63,622 bases of DNA, filler included, from Craspedostauros australis (GCA_030167865.1; 10 parts of 10 records of this genome joined end to end with filler, not necessarily neighbours in it), one strand, 5' to 3'; shown: positions 21,096-34,865, numbered from the whole stretch's first letter. Notes: a model not told the origin generated them from the sequence alone. A program made the numbers and translations.

Positions 21096-24000
21096 CTGTN
21101 NNNNNNNNNNNNNNNNNNNNNNNNNNNNNNNNNNNNNNNNNNNNNNNNNNNNNNNNNNNNNNNNNTTGGTTACAGTTGGTTACACGTAGAATTCTACAGG
21201 AGTCCGGTAGGATCATGCCTCTTTTGTTCGAGAAATTCGACTCTCCATCTTTGAAGTCTCTGGACTTAGCGGTCTTTGGCTCAATCTGTTCAATATATAT
21301 ATATCATTTCAGAATTCTCTCTCCGAGGCGGTCACAACAATATGGTCTATATTGTGTTTGAGTGCGATGGTATGGAGGTATGCTTGCGTTTAGTGGTCCC
21401 ATGCCAGTCGGAATGATATTTGACCACTCGGATCCGCACTCGGAAGCACGACTGAAAATGATTTTCGTTTTCGCGCCATCATGACGTCACGAGGAGGATG
21501 TACTGCCACGGCTCCGATGATGGCAACAACATCAGGTGTAGTGTCAACCCTTCCCTTGCTTGATCGGCATCGTCGTGCTCCCTATCTGCTCTACATTAAC
21601 ATCGCACCATGAAGATCCGCCCTGGAAGCCATGTATCTAGTCCCTGCGGACCTCTTGTGACCTCTGCAAACAGCAAGGGCAAGGTCCGAAGCGTCCTGTG
21701 AGGTCGTCGTCCAGTCCTTCCCCAAGAATCACTGGGTTGTGCACTGGCGTTCCATCAATGCAGTGTGTCAACATGCAGGGACCAAGCTCACCCTCCTGGA
21801 CAAGACGCGAGTCGAATTGGACAGCAGCTGTGTCGAGGAGCTCATCCGCACGCAGAGTGTTGGGAAAGGATCTGCTGATCTAGACAAACTGTACAAGACT
21901 TCGCGATACCACAACCTCTGCCACACCACATCAACGCTCAGTGACGCGTCTTATTCGCAACGTGCCAATGTCTCATCCCCCCAACAACGCATCAGCCAGC
22001 CATGGCGCAGACATGGACGTCTCCAACCGAAACATGGATGGATTTGCACCAGGAATCTCTATTTGCGGTGATGATGATGCAACAGGTGACCTGCATTCAA
22101 CCTTTGACCCGAGCACAGGCGATTTGCTTGCGGGTGATGAATTGGACTACGTCATGCTACGTGAACAAGAGCCAGCAGGATACTCACACATGGAGGAGAA
22201 GAATGAATTGATGAATACTACAGTCACAGTTGGCAAGCAGAAGCATGCTGTGTCATGGACAGTAGTTGATGACGATTCTATTCAACACTGCGACGACGAG
22301 CCTCAAACCAAGCTTGGTGTGGCAGGTTTTGACTTCGGCAAAAAATGTTCGCGAGATGACACCAACCGTGACCACATCAACCTGCTGGGACTGGTGCAAC
22401 ATCTGTGGCCAGGTGATTGGAAGCGACAAATTGACGCTCTCAACAGGCGAATCAATGCAGGCGTAATTGATGTTGGCGGCCGTCGCAACGAACAGCCTGT
22501 ATCAGAGCGCGAATTGTGGGTGTTTTTTGGGATCATGCTTGTTGGCAAGCTGGATTCCACCACGAAGCTCTGGGGTGACCGGATGAGTGAAGGGTTCTGT
22601 GAGGTAAGGGATCTCACGAAGCACATGCCTTTCCACTGATTCAAACACATCCGCAAACACTTCATTCCTTACCTGTTCTCTGACCCGGCCAGGCAACACA
22701 GCAATAAGTGGTGGCAAATTCAACCTGGGGTGGAGTTATTCAACAAACATCGTTGTGACACGATCATTCCGGGTCAGGTAAAAGTCATGGACGAAAGCAT
22801 GACTGCGTATAAGCCTTGTCTGACGCCCACTGGAAACCTTCCACATCTGACGCACATTCCGCGCAAGCCGGAACCACTTGGGGTGGAGTTCAAAACCGTT
22901 GCTGATGGCAAAACCGGTATCATGCTTCATTTGGAGATTCAACACGGAAAGCATGAGATGGACCAGGCCGATCACGTGAGAGATTGTGGGAAAGCAACTG
23001 TTGCCTGTTCTCTGCGCATGGCTCTGGCAATGCATGACATCGGTCGAAACAACATCCACATCGACACGTCAGAGTTTTCCTTCCCAATAAGCATTTTCAT
23101 TGGAGATTCGTGGTTCGCCTCTGTGCAGACGTGCTCGGAGATCGCTGTGAAGGCAAATTCTGGATTCATTGGAATCATCAAAACCTCGTCCGCCGGCTTC
23201 CCACTCAAGTTCCTCCAAGAAAAGATGAGCGATTGGCCCTCCAGAACACAGCTGCTTCTGAAACGCAACTGCGACGATGGGGATGTTGATCGCAATGGTA
23301 CTCCAACAGAAATATACACCCTGGGATACATTTACTCGCGCAATTCATTGATTCCATTTGTGTTCTCCTCTGGATCAGGACATTTGGGGGCATCCACACC
23401 CTACATTGCAAGATGGATCGACAACGAACGCAGGCATCGAACGAAGGAGGTTCCACGACCTGAGGTGGCCAGTAAGTATTTTGGTGCATGCAATGCCGTG
23501 GACACCCACAATCATGTTCGCCAAGATGTGTTGGGACTCGAGAGGATCTGGGTGACAAAGGACAGGTATTTCTGCCTGGTGACGACTTTGTTCGCCCTCA
23601 CTGTTGTTGATACAATGAAGGCGTACACGTATCATCTCGGTTCTTGCCACAGGCACAAACAGGTTACCCTGCGAACCTTCATCAACATGCTCGTGCAGGA
23701 CATGGTCTGCAACGACGAACATGACACGCCACGGTGTCTGGAAACCACATCTATTCTGCCACAAGGGCACGCTTGCAATAACGTGGACAACGGGACGAAT
23801 AAATCCAACGAGCCAAACGACAGCGCGATCAACAACAACAGCCAACCACAACAGCAACAGAAACAATCACCACACCGAATCGGCCATCACCACCTGGTGA
23901 AAGCACAGAAAAAACTGCCAAATGTGTACAAGGATCGGAAAGGGCGCTTGAGACGAGGACAGAGATCTGCTTGAGGACGATGTATCGTCTGCAACAAGCT

Positions 24001-24624
24001 GGTTGTCTTCGTCTGCGAACATTGTCCATCAGCTGCGCCTGGGACGCTCATGTGGTGCTGCCCCGAAGTTTCCAAAAAAGGGGACACGAGCACATACTTC
24101 CACACACATGCCACGAGCGACGAGGGAAATGCACACTAATCCATAAATACACTTACATACAATATGATCTGTGTGCGCATGGAGAGGGCATCAATTGATT
24201 GATTTGACTGTGCTGTTGTCTCTCGCCAAGGGTGTTGGCGATTCTTCGTGAACGAAATTGTGAGGAGGGGAAGCGAAGATGATGTGTGTGACGAGTCCAA
24301 ACGTGTCTGTGGTGCCCAAACACGTCTCGAATGCCTGAACGCATTCGTGAATGATGGAGGTGCTTGACAGATCACATCAGTGCTCACCGAGTAAGAAAGC
24401 AACAGACACCAAACTTTAGGATTGTATATATAAACTATATACTATGCTACAATATAAATACGAGTGCAGGAACACGCACACGAGCTAAGTCCGGAGAGTT
24501 TAACTTTGGATGATGCTGTTTTTGGCCTTTTTGTTCGGGACTTGCGTAGAATGTGTACCACGATCTACACGACATTTTTCTTGCAACCAACTGTAACCAA
24601 CTGTAACCAAAAAATTGGTTACAG
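21096..24624 (+). mobile_element. piggyBac-like DNA transposon with TIRs built from TTGGTTACAG repeats
   Basis: Left TTGGTTACAGTTGGTTACA (21166, after an N gap) is the inverse of right CAACTGTAACCAACTGTAACCAA. Subterminal inverted motif TCTC.GGACTTAGC / GCTAAGTCCGGAGA. Encloses a transposase. Left boundary is inferred across the gap. Confidence 0.8.
21609..24146 (+). pseudogene. piggyBac (DDE_Tnp_1_7-type) transposase pseudogene with C-terminal Cys-rich domain
   Basis: VMDESM, HIPRKPEPLGVEFKTVADG, IGDSWFASV, YFGACNAVDTHNHVRQ. In-frame TGA at 22637 and 23972. Readthrough of the second gives RCIVCNKLVVFVCEHC..WCC. Frameshift near the 5' end. Confidence 0.88.
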
Positions 24625-27600
24625 CCGGCTCTTTGAGGCACAAGTGTCACAACATGGTCGTTGGTCTCACGAAGTTCCACGTGGAATACGACGACAGTGG
24701 AATCGACGGAAGCGTTCGTGGAGCACTCTACCTATTCTCAGTGTCGGTGCTAGCCACAGAAACCGATCGCTATTCGTGCTCGCGTGATCGTTACCCGCAT
24801 GTCTCTCCGAAGAAGAGCGCATACGATTGTCAAAGCAAAGGAGACCTCGATGAAAGTTAATAGTCTAGTTGGATTTTCATGTAACGTTGTGACACGATCC
24901 GGAAGGGAAGGCCTAGCCGACTGCCAGTTTCAATGAAGCTGGGGTTGCAGTTGGCGAAGGATGACCGTCTGGAAAGATTATAGTAGTTGACAATGAGTAG
25001 ATTAGAGTTGTTGCGCTGATCTTGAGTTGTGCTATTTGTTATATTGAATAGTCTGGATGATGAGTTGATCAGCTTGAGGTGTAGGATGAAGAAACGATAT
25101 TCAGTTGGAGAGTGCGGCTCTGCACTGACCGTTAGAGGTTCAGTGTTGAGGACGGATGATCTCTTCCTTTCTCTCTCTTTCTCCACTATCTGTGGTAGTT
25201 GTTCTATGTTCGAGTACAAAGGCTTGACATCTTGATTGAAGTCATGGTTGAGAACACAGGTTTTCAGGCGATGGGAATTTTTGTTGGATTCCCTGCTCAT
25301 GTTGAAGCAGGGAGGATCTCCTTGCTGTTGTCATGTAGAGTTGTTAGCTGGCATGGCTGACAATGGAATCAGGGCTAGCTGCGATACGTGAGTTCAGAGG
25401 AGCATATAGTTCCCGGAGTGCATAGATCTCGATGACTCAAGTGAGTTTGAGTCAGCAGTGATTCATGAGTGAGAGTGGGAGAACGAGGGAGAATAGGGGC
25501 TTTCCGTATTTGTGGGCGGATGGTTTCGCGCCAACATTGACGCGCCAAAACAATTTCATGGTGTGACATGGAACACACTAAGTGGAAAGTAGTCTGTTCT
25601 TTAGATGAACTTCAACTAAGTCTCTGCTATGAAACCGTGCGAAGAACAGCAGCATGTCAGTGGCACACGCAAAGAAGAAAAGCAGCATGCCAGTCGCACA
25701 CCAGGTGAGGAGAACTGTACAAGTGGAACAAAGAATGTAAAGTATGAATACAAAAATGGAGACGGGAAATTGTGTGACAAGATGCAAATCTTGGTCTCAT
25801 AATTTGCCATCGAGAACAACAACAGCAACAACAATTTGTGTGAAAAAAGGACTCTGAATTTTCGCCAAGTATATTTCGTAACAACCATGAGTACCCCATC
25901 ACCTCCCTCCAATATCAACCCCGCCATTGCTGCCGATGATATCGAAGCTGACATCACCAACACCAACACCACTGAGCATGAGATCATCCACAAGTCCATC
26001 CAAAACAAGTCCTTCATTGACCACCTCAAGTTCGTCGTTGAACTCAGGGCCCACACCGTCTTCTCCACCTGGTACAACGACAAGGGAAAGGCAATCAACA
26101 ACTACACCTTCCAGCAGCTCTGGGATGAAGCCGGCCAATGCGCTCACCTCCTCCGCAACAAATGGGGCATCAACAAAGGCGACCGTGTCGTCCTCTGCTA
26201 CGACTTCGGTCTGCACTTCTTCGCCATCTTCCTGGGATGCCTCCGTGCAGGAGTGACTGCCGTGCTGGTCTATCCTCCCGGACCTCCGCTTGTCAAGTCG
26301 CTCACCAAGATGAACAAGGTGATCGAGGATTGCGCTCCGTCACTCATCCTCACCCAAACATCCATCAATCTCCTTCGAGCCGCCGATCGCGCCAACCCAA
26401 CATCCAAGAGCCGCGCCATGTGGCCAAGCGGGGTGAAGTACCAAGTCACCGATCGCATCATTCGCCATGATGGCNNNNNNNNNNNNNNNNNNNNNNNNNN
26501 NNNNNNNNNNNNNNNNNNNNNNNNNNNNNNNNNNNNNNNNNNNNNNNNNNNNNNNNNNNNNNNNNNNNNNNNNNNNNNNNNNNNNNNNNNNNNNNNNNNN
26601 NNNNNNNNNNGTTCCTTCAGTACACGTCTGGCAGTACCGGCAACCCCAAGGGCGTCATGGTGACCCACGACGCCCTGAGAGCCAACATTGAACTATTTCA
26701 CAGCAGTTTCCTCACATGCTTTGAAAAAGGTGCAAACGAGATGCAAATCCTGGGGCGATTTACCATCTTTTCATGGTTGCCTCAGTACCATGACATGGGC
26801 CTCATTCAAATGGTGATTGTGCCACTGGCATCGAATTCCCGAGTCCACATGATATCCCCTGTCACATTCATCCGCAACCCGTTGCTCTGGGTGGACCTCA
26901 TGTCCCAGCACAAGTGCCATTTCAGCGCCGCCCCTGACTTTGCGTATCGTCTGGTCGTCCGCAAATTCAACGAAGCCAACAAACAAGCCAACAAACAAGC
27001 CAACAGAAAGGCTAATTCCATCCCCAATCTGGACCTCTCAAGTGTCCTTCATCTCCAGAATGCCACAGAGCCAATCCGACTTGACACGAAAAAGGAGTTC
27101 GCCGACGCATTCTGCCCATACGACCCCGTTCAGGGTTCTCATGTAGTCATTTGCGGATTTTTGAGATAAGCACTTAGATCATCCTATTATGTTGTAGAGA
27201 GTATATGTGTGAAGTAACAAGCTCCTGGGCCCCGTAGTTAAAAAGTTTATATTTTTCGCACCAGTCTACGTCTAGAAACGCCATGCATGCGGACGTAGGG
27301 GGGCAAATGCGGTTCGGAATCTCCAGTCGTGTTTCGGCATGCTGTCCAGTCGTGTCTATTATCGACGCTCCCACATTTCGCGTGGGTGAGGTGGTCGGTT
27401 TCGATGAAATATTGAGGATTGCGTGGTAGCGGTAGGCATGATGAGGCTGCTACTTCGTCTGGACCGTGGATCAGTGGTCGAAATCTAGAGTTTTGGGTTG
27501 GTGGGTAATCCAGATCTTGACCCCCAGCTTGACTTTCACATTGTCTTGTTCTCGGTTCTGCCGCTGTTCATGCACTGGGACGTTGAGCATCGTCCTCATC

Positions 27601-27783
27601 CCAATCAGCACACACTGCCTTCCCTCCATATGTCTACTCTATGGTACAGCTTCGTCCTCAATTCAGGTCTATTCCCTGTCTGTGTGTTTGGACCTTCTCT
27701 CTGCTAGTCGTCGCCAATAGCCATTGTTGGCTTCTGGCCGTTGTTCATCTGCTCTCCTCTCAGCTTTGTATTTTGGTATCAAT

Positions 27784-27946
27784 TGTCAAACTGCACAAGT
27801 AACTACTGAAGACGTATTGGCCCATTGTTGCGTGCCCTGGTCGGAGCTCTTGTTGTTGTATTGTGAGTCGTTCGAGGGCGATCTCTGACCAGTATTTTCG
27901 ATTAATACAAATAGTAACAAGGTAAGATGTACAGTGATAGCTGTCA
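27784..27946 (-). repeat. 3' LTR of nested Copia
   Basis: 163 bp, TGTCA...TGTCA, direct repeat of 33373-33534. Confidence 0.92.
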
Positions 27947-30900
27947 TGCCCCTTGATCTTGAGGATGACCCTTGTAGAACAGAGCTGTGATGAAAGTGGT
28001 TAGTGTTGGCCGTGCCAATGCCTTTGTGAGCATATCTGCAAAGTTCTGTGCTGATGAAACGTATACTGGAACCAGTATATCGGCTCCCACAGACTCGCGC
28101 ACTTTGTGGAATAATATTGCCACATGCTTCTTTTGTAGCAGGCTGTCTGCAATCGTCTTGTTTGAGATCACAGCATTGTTGTCACATAATGTGATAGCCA
28201 AAGACTTGACTTGGACTCCCAGCAATCGGAGTGCGTATCTGAGTGAAATAGTCTCCTCGTTCACCGATCTCATCGCCTTGAATTCCGCGCTGTATGTGGA
28301 TGTTGTGACGGATGTTTGTTGTTTGCTGGAGAAGTATACTGACGTCCTACCCAGGAATCGTATGATGCCTGTGTTAGATCTCCTGGTCACCAGATCGTGA
28401 GTGTGGTCTGCGTCCACGAATGCATGCATTGGTAGCTCTGGGTAGATTGGCTTTGGTGATCTGTCATCAATGTCTTCCATGGCCTTGGGATATTCCTCCT
28501 TCATCTGTGTTACCAGTTCTGGGTGTGATGGCGTTGCATTGAAGTTGTCAAATATCATTGGCCTGGAATCGATCTGTGTTCGCAGAGTGGGCTTGTGCTT
28601 GAGGTAGCCCCATACTTTGAGTGCGCGTTCAAGATGTCCTTTCCATAGTGATGCAGTGAAGTGTGCAAGTGAGGAAGTTGCAAATGTGACGTTGAAATGT
28701 CCAAGCTGGACAGCCCAGTTTAGCATGCCAATGAGCTGCTGGATTTTTTGTTGCTTGCCAGGTGTTAGTAGTTTGGAGTCGTCTATTTCCGGATGGTCCT
28801 TGTTCCTCATGGGAACATGTTGGCTGTGAAGTGATCCATGCTGGCGCTCGCCTTTGTCCAGTGCGTTTGAGATGTATTTGCTGCACCGGACGCTCCATTT
28901 GCCTTTTGATTTGTGTCCTTCGGTACGATCTTACAATCATCGACATGTGTGCAGATGTAGTCGTCTCCGGATTCGTCTCAGAGTCTGATCCATACATCTT
29001 GGTTGTGGCGCGATGGCTTGCATCCCATGGAAGATAGTGTGTTGGCAAAGTGAGCGTGGAATCATTGGGCACTGGATCAGAGTCCATACAATGATTTCTT
29101 GAGTACAATTGTCTGGCCCTCTCTGTGATTGAATTCCTTTCCTGCTCTCGCGTATATCTTCTTGTTGGTGTAGGTGTTGACGAATGTGTTGCCAATTTCG
29201 CTGCAGAGTTGCTGGAATTTGTTCGCATCTGCGATTACATGGAGGATGCGCATGCTGGTGGAGTTGACTGTTGATGAGGACATGCGTATGTTGTCTGCGA
29301 GCTTGATGAGGCATCCTCCAGCTATGAGCCTTGCGTTCCACCGCAGGTCTCGTTTGACCACGAAGATGAGCCTGAGCTTCATGCTCTGGTATTCAGTTGA
29401 TGGTCGATGTGTGGATGGACAAAAATCAAAGCAGGCAAGGTTGATGAGTGCATCAATCTCCTTCTTGGCTTCTGCCTTCCACATGTCGTTGTTGTTGGCT
29501 TGGTCAAGTTGTAGTGCATGCTTCATGTATTGTAGCACTTCGCCCCCTGTACTGGAATACTGTGGCGAAGAAGTCCTGTTTTGGCTTCTTTTTCCCTGGT
29601 TGAATTTACTGTAGTACAATGACATTGTCATTGCCGTCGATCGTGAATTGGTGTGTGCGTTTGCTACGCTGGATGCGCCGCTTGATTGCCCGGATTGCAT
29701 GATTGGTCCATTGTAGCATCAGTTGCGATTGCCAATTGTGTCGTTCGTTCCGAGTTGGTGTGTTTGCAATGATGTACCGCGCCACCAGCTCCGGATGGTC
29801 CGCTCGAATGATGTCATATCAGAACCATGTTCTTGTCTCCATACCCTATTTGGCATCGAGGTGTAGGTGTCCATTGCGGAAGCTGTGTCCTGCGATGCTG
29901 GTGATTTCAGGTTCGTTCTTGTCGACCTTATCAATTTGATTTTGGGACATCTCGTTGTGCTCTTGTTCTGCAAGAGTGCTTTGATGCCCCTGAGTCCGGT
30001 GCTCCAAAGGATCTAGCATGGGTACCGCCACCAAATCATTGAGCTACCCAGAGACACTGTCAGGTATTTGGCTGTCACCATTGTCATCACTGTCCAAGGT
30101 CACATCTGCAGCGTCCTTTACACTCGTGTCTTCGTCATCAGGCACAACAATTGACTGTCCAAACTATTGGTCCTCCAGTGAAGCTGTGTTTGCGTTGACC
30201 TTGATTTTCCTGACCCTCGTCAGACCAGGTTCCGGGATGCGAGTCGCCACTCTTGACCACACGGCAATCGCATCGATGGCCTCTCGGACCTGTCGAGCGA
30301 GCTCAGCCGGCATAGTCTTTGTTCGTGCCCTGCCACCTGAAGCACTGTTTGTGGTTGTGTCAATGAGGTTGAGCCTTGCGATTCGTTGTATGTCTCCATT
30401 GCTGATGTGCGGAGTGTCTGTGTATTCCAGAATACGCGGCTTGGCAATGTTGCGCATGAGGACTGTGCGCCACTTGATATCCTTGTCTTGTGGCAACCAG
30501 ATATGGTAAGTGAATGGATCCCTGAGTCCACGCGATGCCCAAGATATAGCCTGGTTTGAATGGATGCTCAGGGAACTTTGTCATTGGCCCGAAGAACAAC
30601 ACAGGCTGGAAGAAAGTGGATTGGAACATGGAAATGTTGGGCATGTTGCCATGGACGAGTTCAATTGGTGTCCTCCACTGGATGCTGCCCTTGTCCGTAT
30701 AGTTCCACATGTCGATGGCATGCTGCAATCCAAAACACCAGAATTCAAGTGGCGCGGACGCCGCCCATATCAACTGATAAGCATGCCACTTGATGCCGTC
30801 GATCGCACGTTCCGCTCTGTTCTGATTCTGGTTCATAGGCTTAGTGAAGGAGTGCTTGATCATGTGCTTGGATGTGATTGCCTTCCAGGCCTTTCCTTAT

Positions 30901-33372
30901 TGGACCTGCGAGTTGTTGGACACAAGGGTATCCGGTGCACCAACATTGGAGATGAAGTCCATGAGCGTCCCTGGCGCCATTGCCTCTCTTTGGAGCGGCT
31001 TCGCCCAGATGAATTTTGGTTTGCTGTGGACAAAGAGTTGGAAGCACTTGTAATGCCAAATTGATTGCACTGTGGAAAAGAAGGGGTCTGTATTGACTCA
31101 GCCTTAGATTTGTTGCGGCTGGAGCACTCCAGCTCGTTGTGTTCGGTACTGCCATGGGATGACTCATGACTCTGCCTCAATTGGTCTGTCCGCCAGCTGG
31201 GTGGATGCCATCATTGCCTTCTCGACAACCTGGTGTGGGAAGTGTTTGATCACATCGTTGAAATGGATTCCCTGTTTATTCCGCCGAAGGCGCTGGTGTC
31301 TGTCGCATGTCATGATATGTTTATTAAGTGTTAGCTCATGAGCTGTGGATTTCCGAATGGGGATGCGCAGGGTGTTGCCACCATGGTTGACCAGTGGGAT
31401 GCTGGTGTTGCCTGATGCAATGCGCTGTTGCCCCTGGTGTTGGATGAGGCGATCGTATACATTCAGTCCAGGCACGTGCATGTGATGTGTATTAAACAAT
31501 GATTCCATCTGATGTGGGTGCTTATCCAGAGCCACATATTTTGCCTTGATGAGGATCACATGACCTGTTGGAGATTCATATACTGCCATCGCGTTGACCA
31601 TCTGGAATGCCTTGATTGGTGAGTCCATTGTTGCCCCGCAAGCATGGAATGTCTGTTGGTGTTGTCAGGTCACCACCCATCTGGATTCATGTACGATGTC
31701 GCCGTCTGCCCCTGAGTCAAATGATGTAGCCTTGTCTACTGCTTGTTACTCTTGCCCTGCAAAGAAATTGTTCGATGGTCAGGTGGGTTCCGCTTGGCGC
31801 CGACTCTTGTAGTACCTCCAGGCGTGCACACCTGGGTCTTCTCTCTGCAGCTGTGCGCGTCTCCCCTACAGTCGCGGGGCTTGATACGTATGATGATCTC
31901 CGACTGGCAGCGAGTTGTGTCTGTCATTGATTGTCACGAGCTGTCGTCGCATGGTCTGTATTCCTTTCCACTGCACACCAGGGATGCTTTGGCCCAGACT
32001 CTCTTGTGAGATCTTCATGTGGTGGGAAGTTGGAAGTTCTTTGCGTACTCCACTAGTTTGAGTTTCTTGGGCATGTCCTCGTTGATTGGCTTGCCGTGTT
32101 TTATGGAAGTAAAGCGCAGACTTCATGACGAGCACCTGCATGTGGGTCAGAAGCCGGCAGAAGACGCTGTCCATCAGCAGAGACATTGCCAAGGGCCTTT
32201 GGTCCGTCGTTGGCGCCTCGTAGCGACGCTTACGGTTGATTTACCAGTCCTTCTTCTGCTGTTAGCGCCAGTTGCGCTGTGAGGATTGTTCGATCTTGGA
32301 GTTGGCAATGGAGCTGTCGTGTCTCATCAACTCGTTGCGGATCCAGTCAAATGACTGATTGACGTTGTGAAGCCAAGAAATCTCACTCAAGAATTGTTTG
32401 TCATTGATGTTGTAAAAGAGATTTACGGTGGTCTCCTTCTTGTTCATGACCTTTCCATTGTCTTCCATCATGCGGATGGACTTCAAGAAGGCGTTGACAA
32501 ACGTGCTGAACAGCTTTGATCTATCCTAAATAGGCTTTGCCAGGAGCTCTTCCTGCTCAGCCATGATCTCTGCCTTGCTCTCCTTGAATTTGTACATCCG
32601 GACCAGTGCCTGGAAGGTGTCATGACCACTGCCAATGTGCGATGGCACAATGAAATCCGTGTCACCTCATAGGTCTTGCTGTTGGAGATGGTGTAGAATT
32701 GGTTGTTGATCTGTGAATTGTAGTTGGTTGGTTGCTTGGGTTCTATATACTTCGCGTATCTCATTGTTGCCATTGATCTGGCAAGTGTGATCTTCCAATC
32801 GTGTCAGGCTTTGTTCAGTCCAGAGAAGATCAGAGTTTTGGGCATGGATACCTTGTCCTCATGCCAACCTATTGGTGTTGCAGTTGGTCATGCAAGGGTG
32901 GCTCAACATCATGGAGACATCATTGCTATCTTGTTGTTTGCCACTGGGGGCTCCACCACCGCTGCATCTTTGATGGCCATCTTGGTTCTTGTACAAGCCG
33001 TTGCATTTGCAACAGGGGTCTTGATCTTTGGAGGCACATAGTTGTCTGTTCAATGTATTCATCGACGGTGGTCCAGTTGGTGGTGGAGTCAATTGTATTG
33101 GATCTGGCATATGCAAAGATGTGTTGGATGTTTCCAATGTTGATTGCGGTGAGGGTTGGTGCAAAGGTCAAGGAAGCCACAATTGCGCCATCTGGATGCT
33201 GGATGGCTTGGTTGATGCGCCCAAGGGTGGATGTGATGAAGGTCATCTCCTAGTAGTCAAGCTGGACTAGCTCCTTGATGATGGGTGCAACAGTTCTGTT
33301 GTTGATTGCTCTTGCCATGGTGAAGGTTTGTTTGTAAGTGGTAAGCTTGGCGGCAAATCACAACTCTTAACC

Positions 33373-33534
33373 TGTCAAACTGCACAAGTAACCACTGAAG
33401 ACGTATTGGCCCATTGGTGCATGCCCTGGTCGGAGCTCTTGTGTTTCATTGTGAGTCGTCCGAGGACGATCTCCAACCAGTATTTTGGATTTATGTGATT
33501 AGTAAAAAGGTAAGAAGTACAGTGAAAGCTGTCA
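33373..33534 (-). repeat. 5' LTR of nested Copia
   Basis: 162 bp; about 19 differences from the 3' LTR by hand alignment. Confidence 0.92.
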
Positions 33535-33584
33535 TCAATGAACCTGCACGTACTCCAATCACAACACGAGAAACAACAAGGTAA

Positions 33585-33684
33585 TAATAATAATAACTCA
33601 CAATGACAAAACCCATAGTAGGGAATGCCCTGAGGGCATTAGACTCGCCTGCACAGGCCTTACGGCGCAGGCTAGGTCGAGTAT
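33585..33684 (-). mobile_element. 100-bp 5'-truncated non-LTR retroposon (LINE/SINE 3' end) with (TTA)n tail and 10-bp TSD
   Basis: AACAAGGTAA at 33575-33584 and 33685-33694; segment absent from the homologous region near 1365-1385; (TTA) tail on the minus strand. Confidence 0.8.
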
Positions 33685-34865
33685 AACAAGGTAAACAATA
33701 CCGCCGCCATCAGTCTCTTTCCGCACCATGCCAACAGCTCAGCAGATGACCTCGGTATCCCATGTCCAAGCGGAGCAAAGCAGGTTACACTGGACTTTGT
33801 ACTAACAAACTAAGCTTGGTGTAAAATAATATTGTACTATATTTTGCATACCATAGGATAAGTCACTGTGCTCCATTACATGATGTTATGTTGTTTAGCA
33901 TTCGCAAGTGTCGCTGTTGCAGCCGACGCGCAGGGATGCCACCACCAACGCTGTGCTGCTCAACACAACACACACAAGCGAGGAAACGTCCAACCGAGCC
34001 AAATCACCAACAACGTGAGGAATCAACACGACGCCGAACCTGGCGCAACTTCACCATCAATACAGTTGGACACCATTGCAGTCTGACATCGACCGTCAAT
34101 GACGTCATCATTTTCGTCTACGGTGAAGACAAGCCAGCCATGTTGTTGTGTCGTAGAAGCTAGCTAAATTAATCTAACCCTACTAAACAACACGCAAAAT
34201 TATGATCTAAAAATATCACGTTTTACGATGTCAAATCCGCAGGATACTACACGACTTCGCTGAATGGGGTCATACGGCCTGCGCAAGGATTGGTTCCTCG
34301 TGGCGTACGGACTAGCTGAGAACGTCGTTGGCACCTGCTACAATCACGACTTTTATCTCTCAACCATCCGCGAAGGTGAAGATCTCCACCCGTTTGTGGC
34401 TATCGCCGAANGCAGCAATCTGCACAGCTCCATCGATATCATCATCGTGGACCCGGACACCTGCGTCCAACGTCCAGACAACGTCACAGGAGAGATCTGG
34501 GTCGCCGGGGCCTCTGTGACAGCCGGATATTACAACCAACCCAAGCTCACCGCCGAAACCTTCCAAGCTACACTCCAAGGCAATGCATCATCCGATGCTA
34601 GCAGCAAGATGTACTTGCGCACAGGTGACTACGGTTTCTACCAAGACGACTACCTCTACATCTGCGGCCGCAAGAAGGACATCATCATCGTCAACGGTGT
34701 CAACTACTACCCGCAAGATATCGAGCACACAGTCGAGGAGGCATCATCCGCTGTCCGTCCAGGCTGCGTCGCTGCCTTCTCGTCCGACGATTCAGGCAAC
34801 GATGGACAGCTCGAGATCGTATTTGAGATCCGAGCCAATCACGCAGACGATGCCGCAACAGTCTG

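Larger units (their letters stand above)
27784..33534 (-). mobile_element. Full-length decayed Ty1/Copia LTR retrotransposon (CoDi-like), 5-bp TSD TCAAT
   Basis: LTRs 27784-27946 and 33373-33534 (TG..CA); TCAAT on both sides; PBS-like GGTTAAGAG; PPT AAGGGG. RT remnants KKIYARAGKEF, LKKSLYGL, HVDD; RNase H FVDADH..TRRS, STYSAEF, CDN, ADMLTKAL; integrase QNRAER. Many stops and frameshifts. Confidence 0.93.
27121..34272. mobile_element. Family X TIR DNA transposon (copy 2, non-autonomous, ~1.3 kb of own sequence) with nested Copia and retroposon fragment; TA TSD
   Basis: TA|CGACCCCGTTCAG ... CTGAATGGGGTCA|TA; excision restores the FAAL frame; homology to 1190-1986. An alternative reading is a 4-bp ATAC TSD. 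Confidence 0.85.

Noticed and set aside
22637..22639. TGA recoding (selenocysteine or alternative code) in TE ORFs
   Set aside because: The stops fall at probable Arg (CGA) positions in TEs, and host genes use TGA as a normal stop; CpG deamination explains them.
24857..25300. 147-aa minus-strand ORF
   Set aside because: No recognisable motif; more likely decayed repeat or non-coding DNA.
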